From: Vicugna vicugna
Lineage: Eukaryota
Direction: 5' to 3'
Length of the DNA: 64,000 nucleotides
Assembly (NCBI GenBank): GCA_013265495.1
Contig: MU058103.1
Span: 372,001 to 436,000, forward strand
In this document: positions 13,201-25,441 of the stretch, in pieces
Layout: each line of letters begins with the position of its first letter
How positions within the stretch are numbered: position 1 is the first letter of the stretch
The notes under the pieces: generated by a model
Databases searched by the model: none
Told to the model about the DNA's origin: nothing
What the model saw: only the letters and a program-made list of their open reading frames with translations
Translations under genes and position numbers: made by a program

Positions 13201-13659
13201 ATCTGCCTTCAGACTAAATAGTTGTAGTTCTACCAGCTCGTTATCATAGCATGGGGTGAATTCTTCAAAAATGTATCTAAATTATTTTCTCTTCATCTTT
13301 CTAGTTGTTAATCAAGGCTGAAGAATTTTTGCTTAAAGGTCTCCTGCCTCAATCCCTTCTCACTCATTCCCACCACTACTTTTTACTTTGCAAACATACA
13401 CATGATATATTTGGAACACAACACAGTCTTTACCACTGAATTAATCGTAGTTATCATTAATAATGATTGTTATTGTTTAAATAGTAATAATTATCAGCAT
13501 CATCATTTTCATACCCATCCCAGAGTGAAAAATAAAACACAAATAGCTGTCTTACCTATATTATGGTTCTCTGAAGAAGGTTTTTTTTTCTTTCGTATAA
13601 TAAATAACATGCTATAACTATAGATTCCCACTAGATTGTAAACTCAATAGGTTACTGTC

Positions 13660-14100
13660 TGTGGAAATGGAAGAGTGGTAAAAAGTTGGAGCTAATTATG
13701 AGATGTAATTATTACGACAAGGTAATTGGATATGAAGTGTGAAAAAGCTGAAGTGGGCAAGAATCACTTTCAGGTTATTCACTTAGGTATTTGGGTGGGT
13801 GATAAGATCGTTTATAGATTTGTGGAGAACAAGATAGTGGAGGAGAAAATAATGAGTTACATTTATACAACTGACCAAGAGGTAGAATGGAGTATCTATG
13901 TATAGATAGGCAGTTGAAAATGTGAGTCTGAAATATCACAGCAAGTCCATCTTTGTGGTATGAATTTGGGAAATAATAAGGATAAAGGTAGTAGTTGAAG
14001 TTGTGGGAGTAGATAAGATGGTGCAACAAGTAAGTATGGGGTAGTAAATCTAAACAGCCTTCCAATAAATTCTGAGAAACCAATGAGGCAAAGCTGAGAG
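13660..14100 (-). mobile_element. L2 fragment
   Basis: ataggcagttgaaaatgtgagtctgaa...gatgg pattern; explains ORFs 13775 and 13896. Confidence 0.7.
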
Positions 14101-15399
14101 CACACTCTCAAAGAGTATACAAATAATCAATAATTAGGAACTTCCTCATTGGGTAGAATCATCTTCCTTAATGATCAGCCCCACACGAAATAAGGCACTC
14201 CTCCTCCTCGAATTCCTGAAACAGAATTCATCCTATTTCCGCTAAGCCAGAGATTGTCTTTCTACTCCACTCTGACTATTCAAATAATGTCCACCCTTCA
14301 AAATGTAGCTCGGGCTCCAGGAAGGTCATTATTTCCTAGACCCCTATTGCTCACTTGATTTCCTGAACAACTTCCCCAGCACATTTACAGTATGAGTTGT
14401 AGTATCTCATACCCAAACCTCCTCTTCTTTACATATTTTAATCTTGTTTCCCAACTAAGTTGTGAACCTCTTATCTTTGATTCCTCTATCTGTCCTACTG
14501 TGATTATTGCACAATTCGAGTTAATATCTAGAGGGCTATGGAGGGCAGGATGAAGGAGGGAGTGGGGAAAATGTTGGCAAACAGATACTTATTGATTGAT
14601 TCTCTACACCCCATAAAACAATCAGGAGATCATCTGAATTAGCAAAAAGAATCACAAAATACCTGTGTTCGATATTTTATAATGACTAAACTGAGTAATC
14701 ATAAAATCAATTTATATTCTGTGCATCCCTGGTGATGCAGTACTACAAGATAATAATTTATTGATCTATGGATTAAAGGCGTGTGATGATATCAGCTTTT
14801 TCAGCCATGAAAAGATTATGCCTGAGACATTACAAGCCTCATCCAGTTATTTTGGCCCTGGAGGTTGCTGTGCGGATGGCAATGCAGTTCTCATTTTCTA
14901 AGGAAATGTCCTGCCTATAATCATTTACTAGGACAAAACCATGGCTTAACTCTGTCACTGTGTTTCTCTTGATATGATCAGAATTTCATTCAATGATCCA
15001 ACTACAGAGAGAAAGAAAATAGCATTTTACAGGTTCTAAGTTAGAATTGTTCTTAATAACATTTGAAACACAGAATATAGGAAGTTTTTATTCATTTAAA
15101 GTCAGGATTCATGTTCTCCATACCATCCTGCCTTCCTTGCTGTTCTAGAAAAATGCCAAAAACGGTTATTTGGCCTTCCAAGAGCTTTATCTACCAGCTA
15201 GTTCACTTCTTCTGGTGGGAGTACAGCACCCTTGAATAACTGGCCACACTGGTTTGAGTTTAAATCCTCAGTAAGAAACTCCGTCCTTTATTCAGTCTTT
15301 TACTCTTAAAATTTTTCTGCTGCCAAATAACGGAGACTTTTTCATTCCTTTCTCTGAAAACAAGTTTTCTTCATCTTTCCCTGTGGCCCTATTCACCAA

Positions 15400-15800
15400 A
15401 GGTATATACAGTAGTTCCCAAACAGGGCTCCAGCTCTGATTGTTCACCTTGAGTTTCAGACCAACTATCTGATGAGCATTTTCTTCAGGGTGTGGTACAC
15501 GTATGTCAAACTGAAACTTCCCGCAGAGTGTGGTCATAATCTTTGCTCCCCTCAATGAATCATCCCAAATTTGCCTTCTGGGTTGCGATCTATGGAGCTA
15601 CTCAAGCCAACATCCTTGGAGACTCTTTTGATCCTTTCTCTATCTCATTCATTCTCCCTCTCCTACATTTGAATTATTCACATCATCCTGCTTATCTTAG
15701 GTCTAAATGTCACTAGAATTTCCCCTACAACCTCCATGTTAATAGTCATTGCCCTAACTCAGTTTTATCGTCTCTTAATGAGAACACTGTAATAGCTGCT
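15400..15800 (+). mobile_element. L2 fragment
   Basis: ttcagaccaactatctg...gtatgtcaaactgaaact...actcaagccaacatccttggagactc matches the L2 ORF2 3' region. Confidence 0.7.
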
Positions 15801-17199
15801 GGACTGATCTCTCATTGTAACCAGGTGTACAGACAAGGATCTGTCTTGATCTCTCAGGTTTGAGCTGAGTCAAAAGGCATTCCACAGTCCAAAGTCAAGG
15901 AGTCACCTGTAGTTGAGGCCACCAATCCCAGCTTTTTGAGAGATGCCAGGGCAGAACCATTTCTATTACAAAACATTATTATTTCCTTTTATCAATGATA
16001 AGAAAGGGACTTTGAAGGAAGATTCTGTTGGGGAGAGGAGCTGTACAAAATAAAGGTTTCTATTAGAGGATTTCCTCTCCCTAGATCCAAGTGAACTGGC
16101 CTCTAAGAGAATCAGTCATGAGATTGGGGACAACCACAACCAGCACGCTGATATCCCAATTCCAGGATAGGTTCCTACTAAGTCTGTGTGTTTGCTCATC
16201 TGAGATGGATGTATGTGTGTATGTGTAGGTCAAGGGTGGGGTTGGTGGGGGGTAGAAAAGTAGAAAAGGAAACCAGAATGACATGGTAGGGCAGAGAGAG
16301 AAAGCATCAGTGGGCACACTGAACTCCCATCGTTTGATTCGATAAGGATGAAGGAGAGGTGAGCGTGGTCTCTTGGTCCTAGAAGATGCTGAGTGAAGGT
16401 GTGGTCCACTACAGAGTGGACTGCTGGTGGGAACACTAGGATATGAGAAGTGGACCCCACAGACCAAACAACTGCACTGTGTATGCCCCACCTGTGCTTT
16501 CAAAATTCTTACACATGCCTTACTCAGGAGAGCCACATTTGTTCCCTTACCACAGAGGGTGAAGCTCTCACTCAACGTCACCTCATAAGCAGAGGCAGTA
16601 AACCAAGTGGAGATGCTTCTGTCTTCCCTCTACTGTGTTCCTGGCCCTGTAAACCCTTCTTCCCGTTATAGCTATTGCCCTTAGTTCAACTGTTTTTTAT
16701 GCATATTAAATGATAACTTCCTTTTTGACATAGTTGCAATCATAGTATATATCCTAGTTAGTAATTTCTATTATTTCATATTATGATGTGGAAATCTTTC
16801 TGTACATAGATGTATATCCTTTTTTAAGCTATTACAGAGCATGCAGTTTTATGTAATTACCAAAGCTTATCAAGCTAGCTAGCTCATGTTGTAAGGTATA
16901 GCAGAAATACGTGCATATGGAACTAAACCTTTAAAACAATACAAATGAATGTAACATGAAAAACAAACTCTTCCATGTATTTATTTATTATTTTAATTAT
17001 TAGCATTATAACTTCAAATAACAGTCTAGTTTTTGGTGATTTAATTTTTAAAAGTTAAGATTTATTCCTTTCTTCCAACTCATTTTTAAAAAGTCATGGT
17101 ATGATCTTTATATTCCATTTAGTTATTATCCATTTAATTATTGTTAAGTGTTATTTGCATAGTTATCCATTAATTCTAAAATTTTAAATCAGTAAAGGT

Positions 17200-20100
17200 T
17201 CTTTTTTTCTTTCCTTTTCAGCTCTTTAGGATTTTGTTCTTTGTTGTTCTTGTAATAATATTTTTTGGTGGTCATTAAGTTGCTACTTATAGATGGGAGG
17301 CCAAAGTGTGTGCTTCGTTTCCATTTCAAACCTGAAGTCCTATAAATGCCTTGCAGAACAGGGAGACCCTCCTTCTCCTAGTAAATTAATTATATCAATA
17401 ATACATTTGAAAGCCAACCCCACTTTTCAAATGGAGTCATTGGGTGTTTCAAGTGAAGGAGAATAAAGAACACTTAAAATAGGCCAAAACAAATGTTTAT
17501 GCTTTGGATTCTTCTTCTTTTTTTAAAATTAAACTGTGTTTGGGATGATTGTTTCAAAAGTGCTTTACTATAAGAATTACTTTTTATTTACTTGCAATCT
17601 CTGTTCTGTTCTTTTGAAATCACCTGAAACATGCCTTTTTTGGAAAAATGAAAAGCAAAGCTTTCTTTTGTTTGTTTTCTAAAGAAACCTGTACTTTGTA
17701 AAGAATAATGATGTTTAGCTAACGTGCTGTAAATGGACTGTGGCCAGTGAAGCTCCCGAGCTCGGATGCATTATTTGACTAGTGTGTGTGAATATTCAAG
17801 GCATGGCCAGGAAGGTGCAAGTCCCTGGGATGGTGGCACGGGTTCCTCATCATTTAAAATTGGATGGATATTAGCAAACCCATTTCTCTGGGACCTTTAT
17901 AGCTTCAGAGTGAATTTATTTTTGTCCATAAAACAGAGAACCTGCTGTGTGATATTTGTAAACAGCCATTTTGTTCGTAAAAACAACATCAACCTTTTAT
18001 GTGCCTGATGCCCATTCCCTTAACAGCATTTGTCGAATGTCTCACACAGCAAAGGGTGCTTGGATAGAAAAGATACACTCTATGCAAATATTGTCTCCCA
18101 CCAGTTGCTATGATTAATCCAATAGGGCCATCCATCTAATAAAATTACAACTCATGCAAATTCATGGTGGCTGCACCACAGCTGTCTCCGGCTGCTGCTC
18201 TTGCTGCTGCTTCTGCCATAGCACAGCACTTATTATCCTCTTGTGTATGCAATTCCTATGTGCTTTGTCTAATACATATGGTAAGACGAAGGACTTTAAC
18301 ACGTCCTTTTTTGTTTTAGCATCTCTAGTCACTGTATCACATCAGCAGGGATCCATCCAGAGAGGAAGTAACATTTCCTCTCTAGTCTGGAGATTCATGC
18401 AGCTCTGTTTCATGTCCTGGAATTTAAGGGGGAAAGAGAGTCTCTGAGCCTCAGATCTTACCAGTATTTGATTGCAGTCACTCTAATGAAAATTATTTAC
18501 CAGTAAGATAGCTGGCTAACTGTGCACATCTGGCCCACTCAGCTGTTTCCTGAGACTGGACTTCAGGTGGGGCCTCAACAAGGAGTTCTATGTCGGCCTT
18601 AGTAGCTGACATCTGCTTTTCTTTGCTTTTTGTTTGGTTAATCTGTTACTGTTTTCATTACACGAAGTCCTTCTTCTAACAGGGGGCATTCATAGAAATT
18701 GCATAGACTTTGGACTGCAACGCTGCCATTTTTAAGATGTGCAAGCTATTTAATCGTTCTTAGCTCATACTCCTCAACTTTTGTTGACCTGCTCAACTTT
18801 GCATTGCCTCCTTCTAGAGCTCTGCTTAGCTGTTCTTTTCTTTCTCCCCGTCCCCCTACCGCCCCTGGAAGCCTTCCCTGATCCTGAAAGTTCAAATCAG
18901 CAGTCTCTCTTTTATTATTCTTTAAAACTGCTTGCAAATACTTACTGTAGTCTTGAGTATTTTGTGCTATTTTGTGCTGGCCAGTTATCTTTGTCTTGTC
19001 AGTACACCGGGCCCTTTAAAATTAGAAGCTTTGCTTTGATCATGATTTTACCCCTGTGTGTTGCAGAATTCCTAATACACTTTGGTAATTAATGTAGGTT
19101 TGTTCAGTAAGTGTATAATGAACATAACTGTGTGTCAAGACACTCATGTTGCAGGAAATGACTAGTTTCTTTATTTATGCCCTGTAGCCAATGACACAAG
19201 AAGTCATTTCCCTATTCTAGAGTTGCTTGGAAATCTAACCCAAGTTATTCAAGGAAAAGGGAAGGGTCAAGGAATTCTTCCCAAAGATCATTCAGAAACT
19301 CCTGTGCTCTTACAGTTTAGAATAAATAAAGAAGTACACATTGGTTTCAAGTTAATCATAGATGCCACTACTTGGGCTCACTGGCTCACACAAGCCATTG
19401 AAAGATGTGCTGTTCCACTCTCATATGGTAAACACAGGAATACCTGTTGGGTTCCAGTCTCCAAAATCACCTATGGAATCCGTGTGCCCCAGGTTTCTGC
19501 TTGCTTGGTTAATATACATGAGGGATGCCTAGAGAGCATCTCTGGGAACCCATGACACTCAGTGTTCCCAGGTTATGGAGAGGCAACCCTCACCCCACTG
19601 GTTGAGTGGCAACCCTGTCCTTCTCAGATTGCCAGCCACCATTCCAGCTAAACAAATGTCTGGGCCATGTGGGGCTTGGGAAATGTGGCATTTGGGATAC
19701 CCAGTGAAACACAAGATATTAATTGCCATTCTACCCCTACCCTGATAAAAGAACCTAGAGAGTCACTGGGGCAAGATCGGGAAATGAGAGAAAACTTTAT
19801 TTCTTATTCCAACAGCAACTAGAACAAGACAGATGTTAAATTTCAAAAAAAATTATCTTAACACAACTGAATGAGCTAATTTGTTAATCCATGAAATTTA
19901 ATGCCCCTCACATCATAAAGTTATCACAGTGATGACGTATGTCAGGCATCCTCTGTTCTCACCTTTTCAAAGCATCACAATGCACAGCATTCTGATTGTG
20001 CACAATCTGTGTTTGACCATGCTGCAACCCTTGCCCTGCTGTGTTTGTGTGCATTGTACCAGATGTTTGACAGGATAATCAAACTCCAATTAATGACCTC

Positions 20101-20300
20101 AAGTTCCCTGAAGCTTAAAGTTCTCCCCAGGAATGTTTCAATCATTTGCTCTAAGCTGTTAAGGTATTCTTTTAGAGCATTAATATTGTTACCGTTCAAG
20201 TGGTAGTCTGGAAAGAGGTTACCATGCAGAGAGGTATTGTTGAATGTATAGCAGATCATTGATAGCATCGTCTTTGACTTGCTAGAAACCTGATTGTTTC
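17200..20300. promoter_or_regulatory. About 3 kb block with no recognisable transposon and with clustered octamer, posterior HOX/CDX, FOX and SOX motifs; putative enhancer or alternative promoter region
   Basis: No repeat recognised by eye in an otherwise repeat-dense window; motif clusters are detailed in findings. Function is inferred. Confidence 0.4.
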
Positions 20301-20319
20301 CCCAACTCTATCAGCCTCT

Positions 20320-20460
20320 AGGGTTGTAACATTGATAACCCCAGACCTTCTAAGATCAGTTTCCTTACCTTTAAGATGAGAGTAATAATAATACTTACTT
20401 CACAGAGTTGTAATAATGCCTACATAAGATAATGCATGTATAGCTCTTAACATAATATTA
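20320..20460 (+). mobile_element. MIR fragment
   Basis: cagtttccttacctttaagatgagagtaataataatacttacttcacagagttgt. Confidence 0.7.
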
Positions 20461-20599
20461 ATAAAATTAAAGTTGTGGCCTTTCATATAAAGATAACCCA
20501 GTTCATGTGTATATCACCTTGTGTAGCTCTGCCCTTTTCACCTACCTATCCATACAACCGTGTATAAGGGAAATTTAAATATCTATGTAGCTATCTGCC

Positions 20600-21100
20600 T
20601 AGTTTGCTCAGCAGACAGGTACTGACTGCCCATTATGTGACAAATTTGATTCTAGGTTGGAACATCATCTTCTGTTCTTAAGGGGTTTTTAATGGCTAAG
20701 CAGAAAGAGTGAGGTCATGATAATCCATTGAGATAAATGTTATTCAGTAATTTAAGAAACTTAGGGAGTAATGACTCTCTGGCAAGCATAGTTCTGGGCT
20801 AGAATGAGGCCTGGCTTTAAAAATGCAGAGCAAGAAAGTGCTTATGGCCTGAATCGATAAGGAAAGGCTTCTGAGAGGTGGGAATCTGTGCTCCGAGTCT
20901 TGAGAATTGAGTAGGCCTTAAGGAGGATGGGAAGGGTGATGCAGTGAGAAGCAAGACCAGATGTAGATGAAAGGTTGTGGTGGATATGAGTGGCTCAGAG
21001 TCATGGGGACAGACTGAAGATGAACAGAAAGAGGTCAATGAGAACCAGATAATCAAGAGACTTTTATAAGATGCCAGGGAGATGAGTTTTATTCTAAGCA
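20600..21100 (-). mobile_element. L2 fragment
   Basis: Antisense L2 3' region, continuing past the L1 after 21930. Confidence 0.65.
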
Positions 21101-21110
21101 AAAAGTAGAC

Positions 21111-21929
21111 CTCTTCTCTTTTGTTTGGTCATTGGTTTTTTTAGATTTCATATAGAAGTAAAATCATACAATATTTGTTTTTCTCTGGCAATTAACTTGG
21201 TATAATAATACCCACCAGGTCCATTCCTGTTGCCACAAATGGCAAGATTGCAAGATTTCATTTCTTTCTTTCTTTTTTTTGGCTGGGTATATTCCAGTGT
21301 GTGTGTGTGTACCACATATTTTTTATTCACTCATATGTTGATGAACACTTAGTTTACTTCCTTATCTAAGCTATTGTAAATAGGATTGCTTTGAACGTAC
21401 GAATACATAGATTTTTTTTGAATCAGTGTTTATGTTTTCTTTGGATAAATATCCATACATGGAATTGCTGAATCATATGGTGGTTCTATTTTTGTTTTTT
21501 GAGGAACTTCCATATTATTTTCCATAGTTGCTGCACCAGTTTACATTCCCACCAACAGTGCACGAGCATCCCCTTTTCTCTGTATCCTCATCAACACTTG
21601 CCGTTTTTTGTCTTTTTGCCAATAGTCCTAAAACAAAACAAAAAAACAGATACTTAGATACAGAGAACAAACTAATGGTTGCCAAAGCGGACAGTGGGGA
21701 TGGACAAAACAGGTGTAAGGGAACGAGGTACACACTTGCAGCTATAAGATAAATAAGTCATGTACACTTAAGGAATGTAATTAATAATATTGTAACAACT
21801 TTCTATGGTGATGGATGTTAACTGGTCTTATTGCAGTTATGATCATTTTATGATGTATAAAAATATCAAAAAACTATGTTGTATACCTGAAACTAATATA
21901 ACATTGCATATCAATTATAATAATAAAAA
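21111..21929 (+). mobile_element. 5'-inverted (twin-primed) L1, L1MA9-like 3' end
   Basis: 21111-21628 is antisense ORF2 end; 21629-21929 is sense 3' UTR with A-tail; L1 coordinates are contiguous across the inversion point. Confidence 0.85.
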
Positions 21930-22324
21930 CAGAGGAGCCCCTCAAAGGAGCAAATTGACTTAGGAATTTTCTGACTTCAAAGAAATGCTCTCTGATATTG
22001 TTATGAGAGGCTATGACACTGCCTTTTATTCAGTGTGAAAGGATGAGACCAGAGCAGGAGACTCACAGCCTTTGAGCAGCAGGGCCTGAGTCTGTTGCAG
22101 CCAAGTATCATGAGTAGCTGAACAGAAGTGAGGAATTTGGTCCTTGCCCTTTAAGAAGTTATGACCAGTGGTAAAGTTGGAAGATAGATGAATGATAGGA
22201 TTTCCATATCACATAATTAAATAAAATTTGAGACGTAGGAAAAGTCTATGTTATGTGCCTACTATACATCAGGCATTACAGGCACTATACACTTTTGTAT
22301 TTTATCACTTAATCTCCAACCGTT

Positions 22325-22800
22325 GTAGCATGTTATATAACGGTGTTTTAAACCAAAGCAAAAACTCATAAGATAGTATGGAGACTAAAAAAATTGGGTG
22401 TTTCTCAGAAACACATAGACAAGAACAAAGGCAGCCAGAGGGGAGTGCAGGCCCAGCTGGATCCAGCCCTCATCCTCTTTCCCTCCACCCTCCATGACAA
22501 AGGGCACGCACCAGCCAGGGAAATACCTTTGCTATCCTGCCACAGGGAATTGCTCTGATTTTAGGGAGAAGACTTGAGAAAAGAGTAAAGAAGAATAAAA
22601 TACTGTGGCAGAGAATTAAGGGCAAGGACACATGCCCGTGGAGAGGTAGAAACCACCCCCTGCTCAGACCTACCAAGGACAGATAAGACTAGGATGGCTG
22701 GATTTGAGGGGGGCCAAGTGGTACAGACCAAGTGATTCACTCCATCTGCATCTCAGGGTTAGTTCTGATGGGGGACCCAACTGAATAAAAAGTTGTTATG
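22325..22800 (+). mobile_element. Possible ancient LTR, unclassified
   Basis: GC-richer ~470-bp block with aataaa near its end; family not recognised. Confidence 0.25.
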
Positions 22801-23649
22801 AATTAGCAAAAGAACATGTCGAGTGTGTCCAAGCCCCAACTCAAAATCAAATCTCTTAGAGCCTAAGCAAGGGCCAGAAAAGCCATGTCAACCATTTTAA
22901 CCCATTCCTTGGTAAAACAGGACATCAATCATAATGAAATAATCTCCCTTCAAGTTGGACTTAATTTGATACCTATGTGGAGGGCTGAGGGGTGGAAAAT
23001 GACTTAACAGGAAGTTACCCATTTTCTTTCTTTTAATGTTCCCCATTCCTATGGAACATTTTTTCTATGGCTTTCCTAAATGCTTCCTCACTGTCTTTTT
23101 GCTCTTAAGAAGCATAATTTTTCATGTGTGAGATTCTGTCATTCTTCATTCTCATCCCGTATGATTTGGAGCTCACATTTGATGTGGGTACCATGTCCCG
23201 TTTCAGCAAGGTGGCTGAGCTGCAGCCAAGTCTGCCTTTGCAAGGTTATTTCTCTGGATGGCTGGCAGGTTGGATTAAACAAGAAGCAAGAGGTACTTTC
23301 GTTAGCGTTAATTAGGGCCTGTAGTACATATGTTCTGTTCCAGAAGAGACAACCTGATGAAAAAAGCAGCAGGAAGTCATTAGAAAACAGGTAAATAAGG
23401 CACTTCTAAGGATGTGGGGAAGGTGACAAAACGTTCGAAAAACAGATTTCCTTTGTTTGCATGTTGGGTAGAAAGAGGAAATCATTCTGAAAAATTTGTG
23501 AAACTTATCTGGTACAGTTTCCAGCAGCAATTTATCACTTTCTATTTTTATTTATGATAGACTTTTTAAAAGTTTGTATATAATTAGTGTGTTTTCTTGT
23601 CCGAAGTTAACAAATTATGACAGCGTTTAATTTGTAAACGTGATGTCTT

Positions 23650-23845
23650 ATAAAATAATTATAGCTACTGCTACCATGTACTGAGTACTTAGTGTGCAGC
23701 AAGCAGTATGTCAGTCAGGATTTTGCAACATTTCCACATGCAGTTTTCATGATATATTTCAAGAGATCAATATTATTATGCCATTACATGGACCAGAAAA
23801 CTGAGACTTAGAGCACTGCCCCACGTCACCTAGCTGACAAGGATT
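23650..23845 (-). mobile_element. MIR SINE
   Basis: atagctactgctaccatgtactgagtact...gaaaactgagacttagag. Confidence 0.7.
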
Positions 23846-24119
23846 AAGTGTAGGTATTGTATATGTTTTGGTTACACAGAGTTGACTGCAGAGATGTCAA
23901 AGGGAGTAAATTGCAGACTCTCGGCTTGTAGGTACCTCTACCATTCATAAATAATTCATTCTTTAAGTTTCTTACTTTTAATTGATCATTATTTTCCTGT
24001 AAGAATGTGTGATAGGCACCAACAAGAGGCATTTAGCAAGTAAGTCACATATAGCAGACATTAAATATAAGTGACTGAACAAGTATAACAAAGTTGCAAG
24101 AATTTTAATATGCTATAAT

Positions 24120-25030
24120 ATCCATGCCAACCAGTCAATATTCACATGGGATGTGCATGTGCTCTGTGTCCATTTAGAGAAGTCTGTCCACATAGCTCTG
24201 CCTTCTTGTCGCCAATTTCCTAAGTATGTCTCTTTCAAGCACCTGACCATCCAGCCAAAGCGTTAGTCATTGCCCAGGAATATACACACACCCCTGGCAA
24301 AGTGAACAACCAGAATTCTGATTGAATTTCTGCCTATTGGGAAAATTTTTTCTACCCCTGTCTTTTTGGGTTTCCCCAGAATGTGATGGGCTACAGAGTT
24401 TGTACTATAGCCATTCACTTTTAGTCAGTATCATTATATTTTTCAGAACTGTCTGTAAATTAGACCTGATTTTTGTTTATTCCTCAGCAAAGTGGCCGTA
24501 GAAAACCCCCCAAGAGGTCACAGGTATAGGTGCAGAGGAAGGAGGTAATATAACAGGAATGCAAGCTGTGGGTGTCCATGACACTTGCTCATGTATCTTG
24601 AGAATGTGCCTGAGCCCAGTCTTGTCTATAGAATTTACTTTTGATGATGGAATGTTCAGCATGTTCAACTTTATGGGTTTGTGGATCAGATAGTACCCAA
24701 TTCATGATGGGCAAGCCAGGTTGCATGGTAACTTAGTGGCTCATTCTCAAGCATTCAGTCGATATGAAGGTCCATCACAAAGCTGGACACTGTTACTCAC
24801 AGGTAAAATAGTTGTCTGCAGAGAATGCTGTAGCTCTGGTCAGAATCTTCCAAGTATGCGATGTATGTAGTTCTGCTGCTGGGGCCTGCCAGCGTGTGAG
24901 GCATTTCCACCTCCGTGCATACTGCCAGCACTGCTGGATCTGCTGTATCATACAGCCCAAGGGGCAGGGTAGCCTGCACTGAAACTTGGACCTGTTGGAG
25001 AGCCTTTTCTTGTTTTGGGCCCCACTCAAA
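24120..25030 (-). mobile_element. ERVL internal fragment: degenerate pol (RT connection and RNase H)
   Basis: Antisense translation QATLPLGLYDTADPAVLAV and FSADNYF resembles ERVL pol (QAALPLGPYDPADPMVLEV...SSADNYSPFE); tggctggatggtcagg RNase H region; multiple frameshifts. Confidence 0.85.
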
Positions 25031-25441
25031 ACTGATAGGTTTTCAGATTCAGTAATTTTATTTATTTCAGTAAATAAATCAAATGTATTGCCTCCAAGCT
25101 CACTATATGGCTTTGACTAAGACACTTGCCTTTTTTTTAAGCCTCATCCTGTAGCTAACCTGGTTGAATAATGTGGCATATATAGTACAATTTTAAAAAT
25201 TAAGTGAATTAGGATGCCAAGCGTCTATTACACACAGGGTAAGTAGCAGGTAATTGTACACCTCTATAACATTAAGGTGCTGGCGATTTAATCATTGCTC
25301 TTAAAATTGAAAATCAATGGATTAAGTTATTGAGTCATCACTGACAAGTAAATATGTGAACGATTAATAATGACAGACAGGTTCAAAAGTATGATCTGAA
25401 ATTGATGCCTCCAGAGTTTTAACAATGAATAAAAATGATTG

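Noticed and set aside
14783-14825. Box C (GTGATGA) and box D (CTGA) pair suggesting a C/D snoRNA
   Set aside because: Only 43 nt from box C to box D and no convincing terminal stem.
15292-15555. 87-aa ORF with protein-like composition (MRGAKIMTTLCGKFQF...)
   Set aside because: Largely the antisense reading of an L2 fragment.
16081-16671. Longest ORF (166 aa) and a 7-bp hairpin gtccact-acag-agtggac at 16404-16421
   Set aside because: No recognisable domain, low-complexity parts, non-ATG start; a hairpin of this size is expected by chance. Probably an old unclassified repeat.
19067-19084. Possible 18-nt microexon (ttgcag|aattcctaatacactttg|gtaatt) with an upstream TGC
   Set aside because: Weak polypyrimidine tract, mediocre donor, a stop in one frame and no flanking coding exons; not supportable without RNA data.
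24793-25029. ORFs resembling retroviral pol as a possible domesticated gene
   Set aside because: Homology switches frames repeatedly; this is decayed ERVL.
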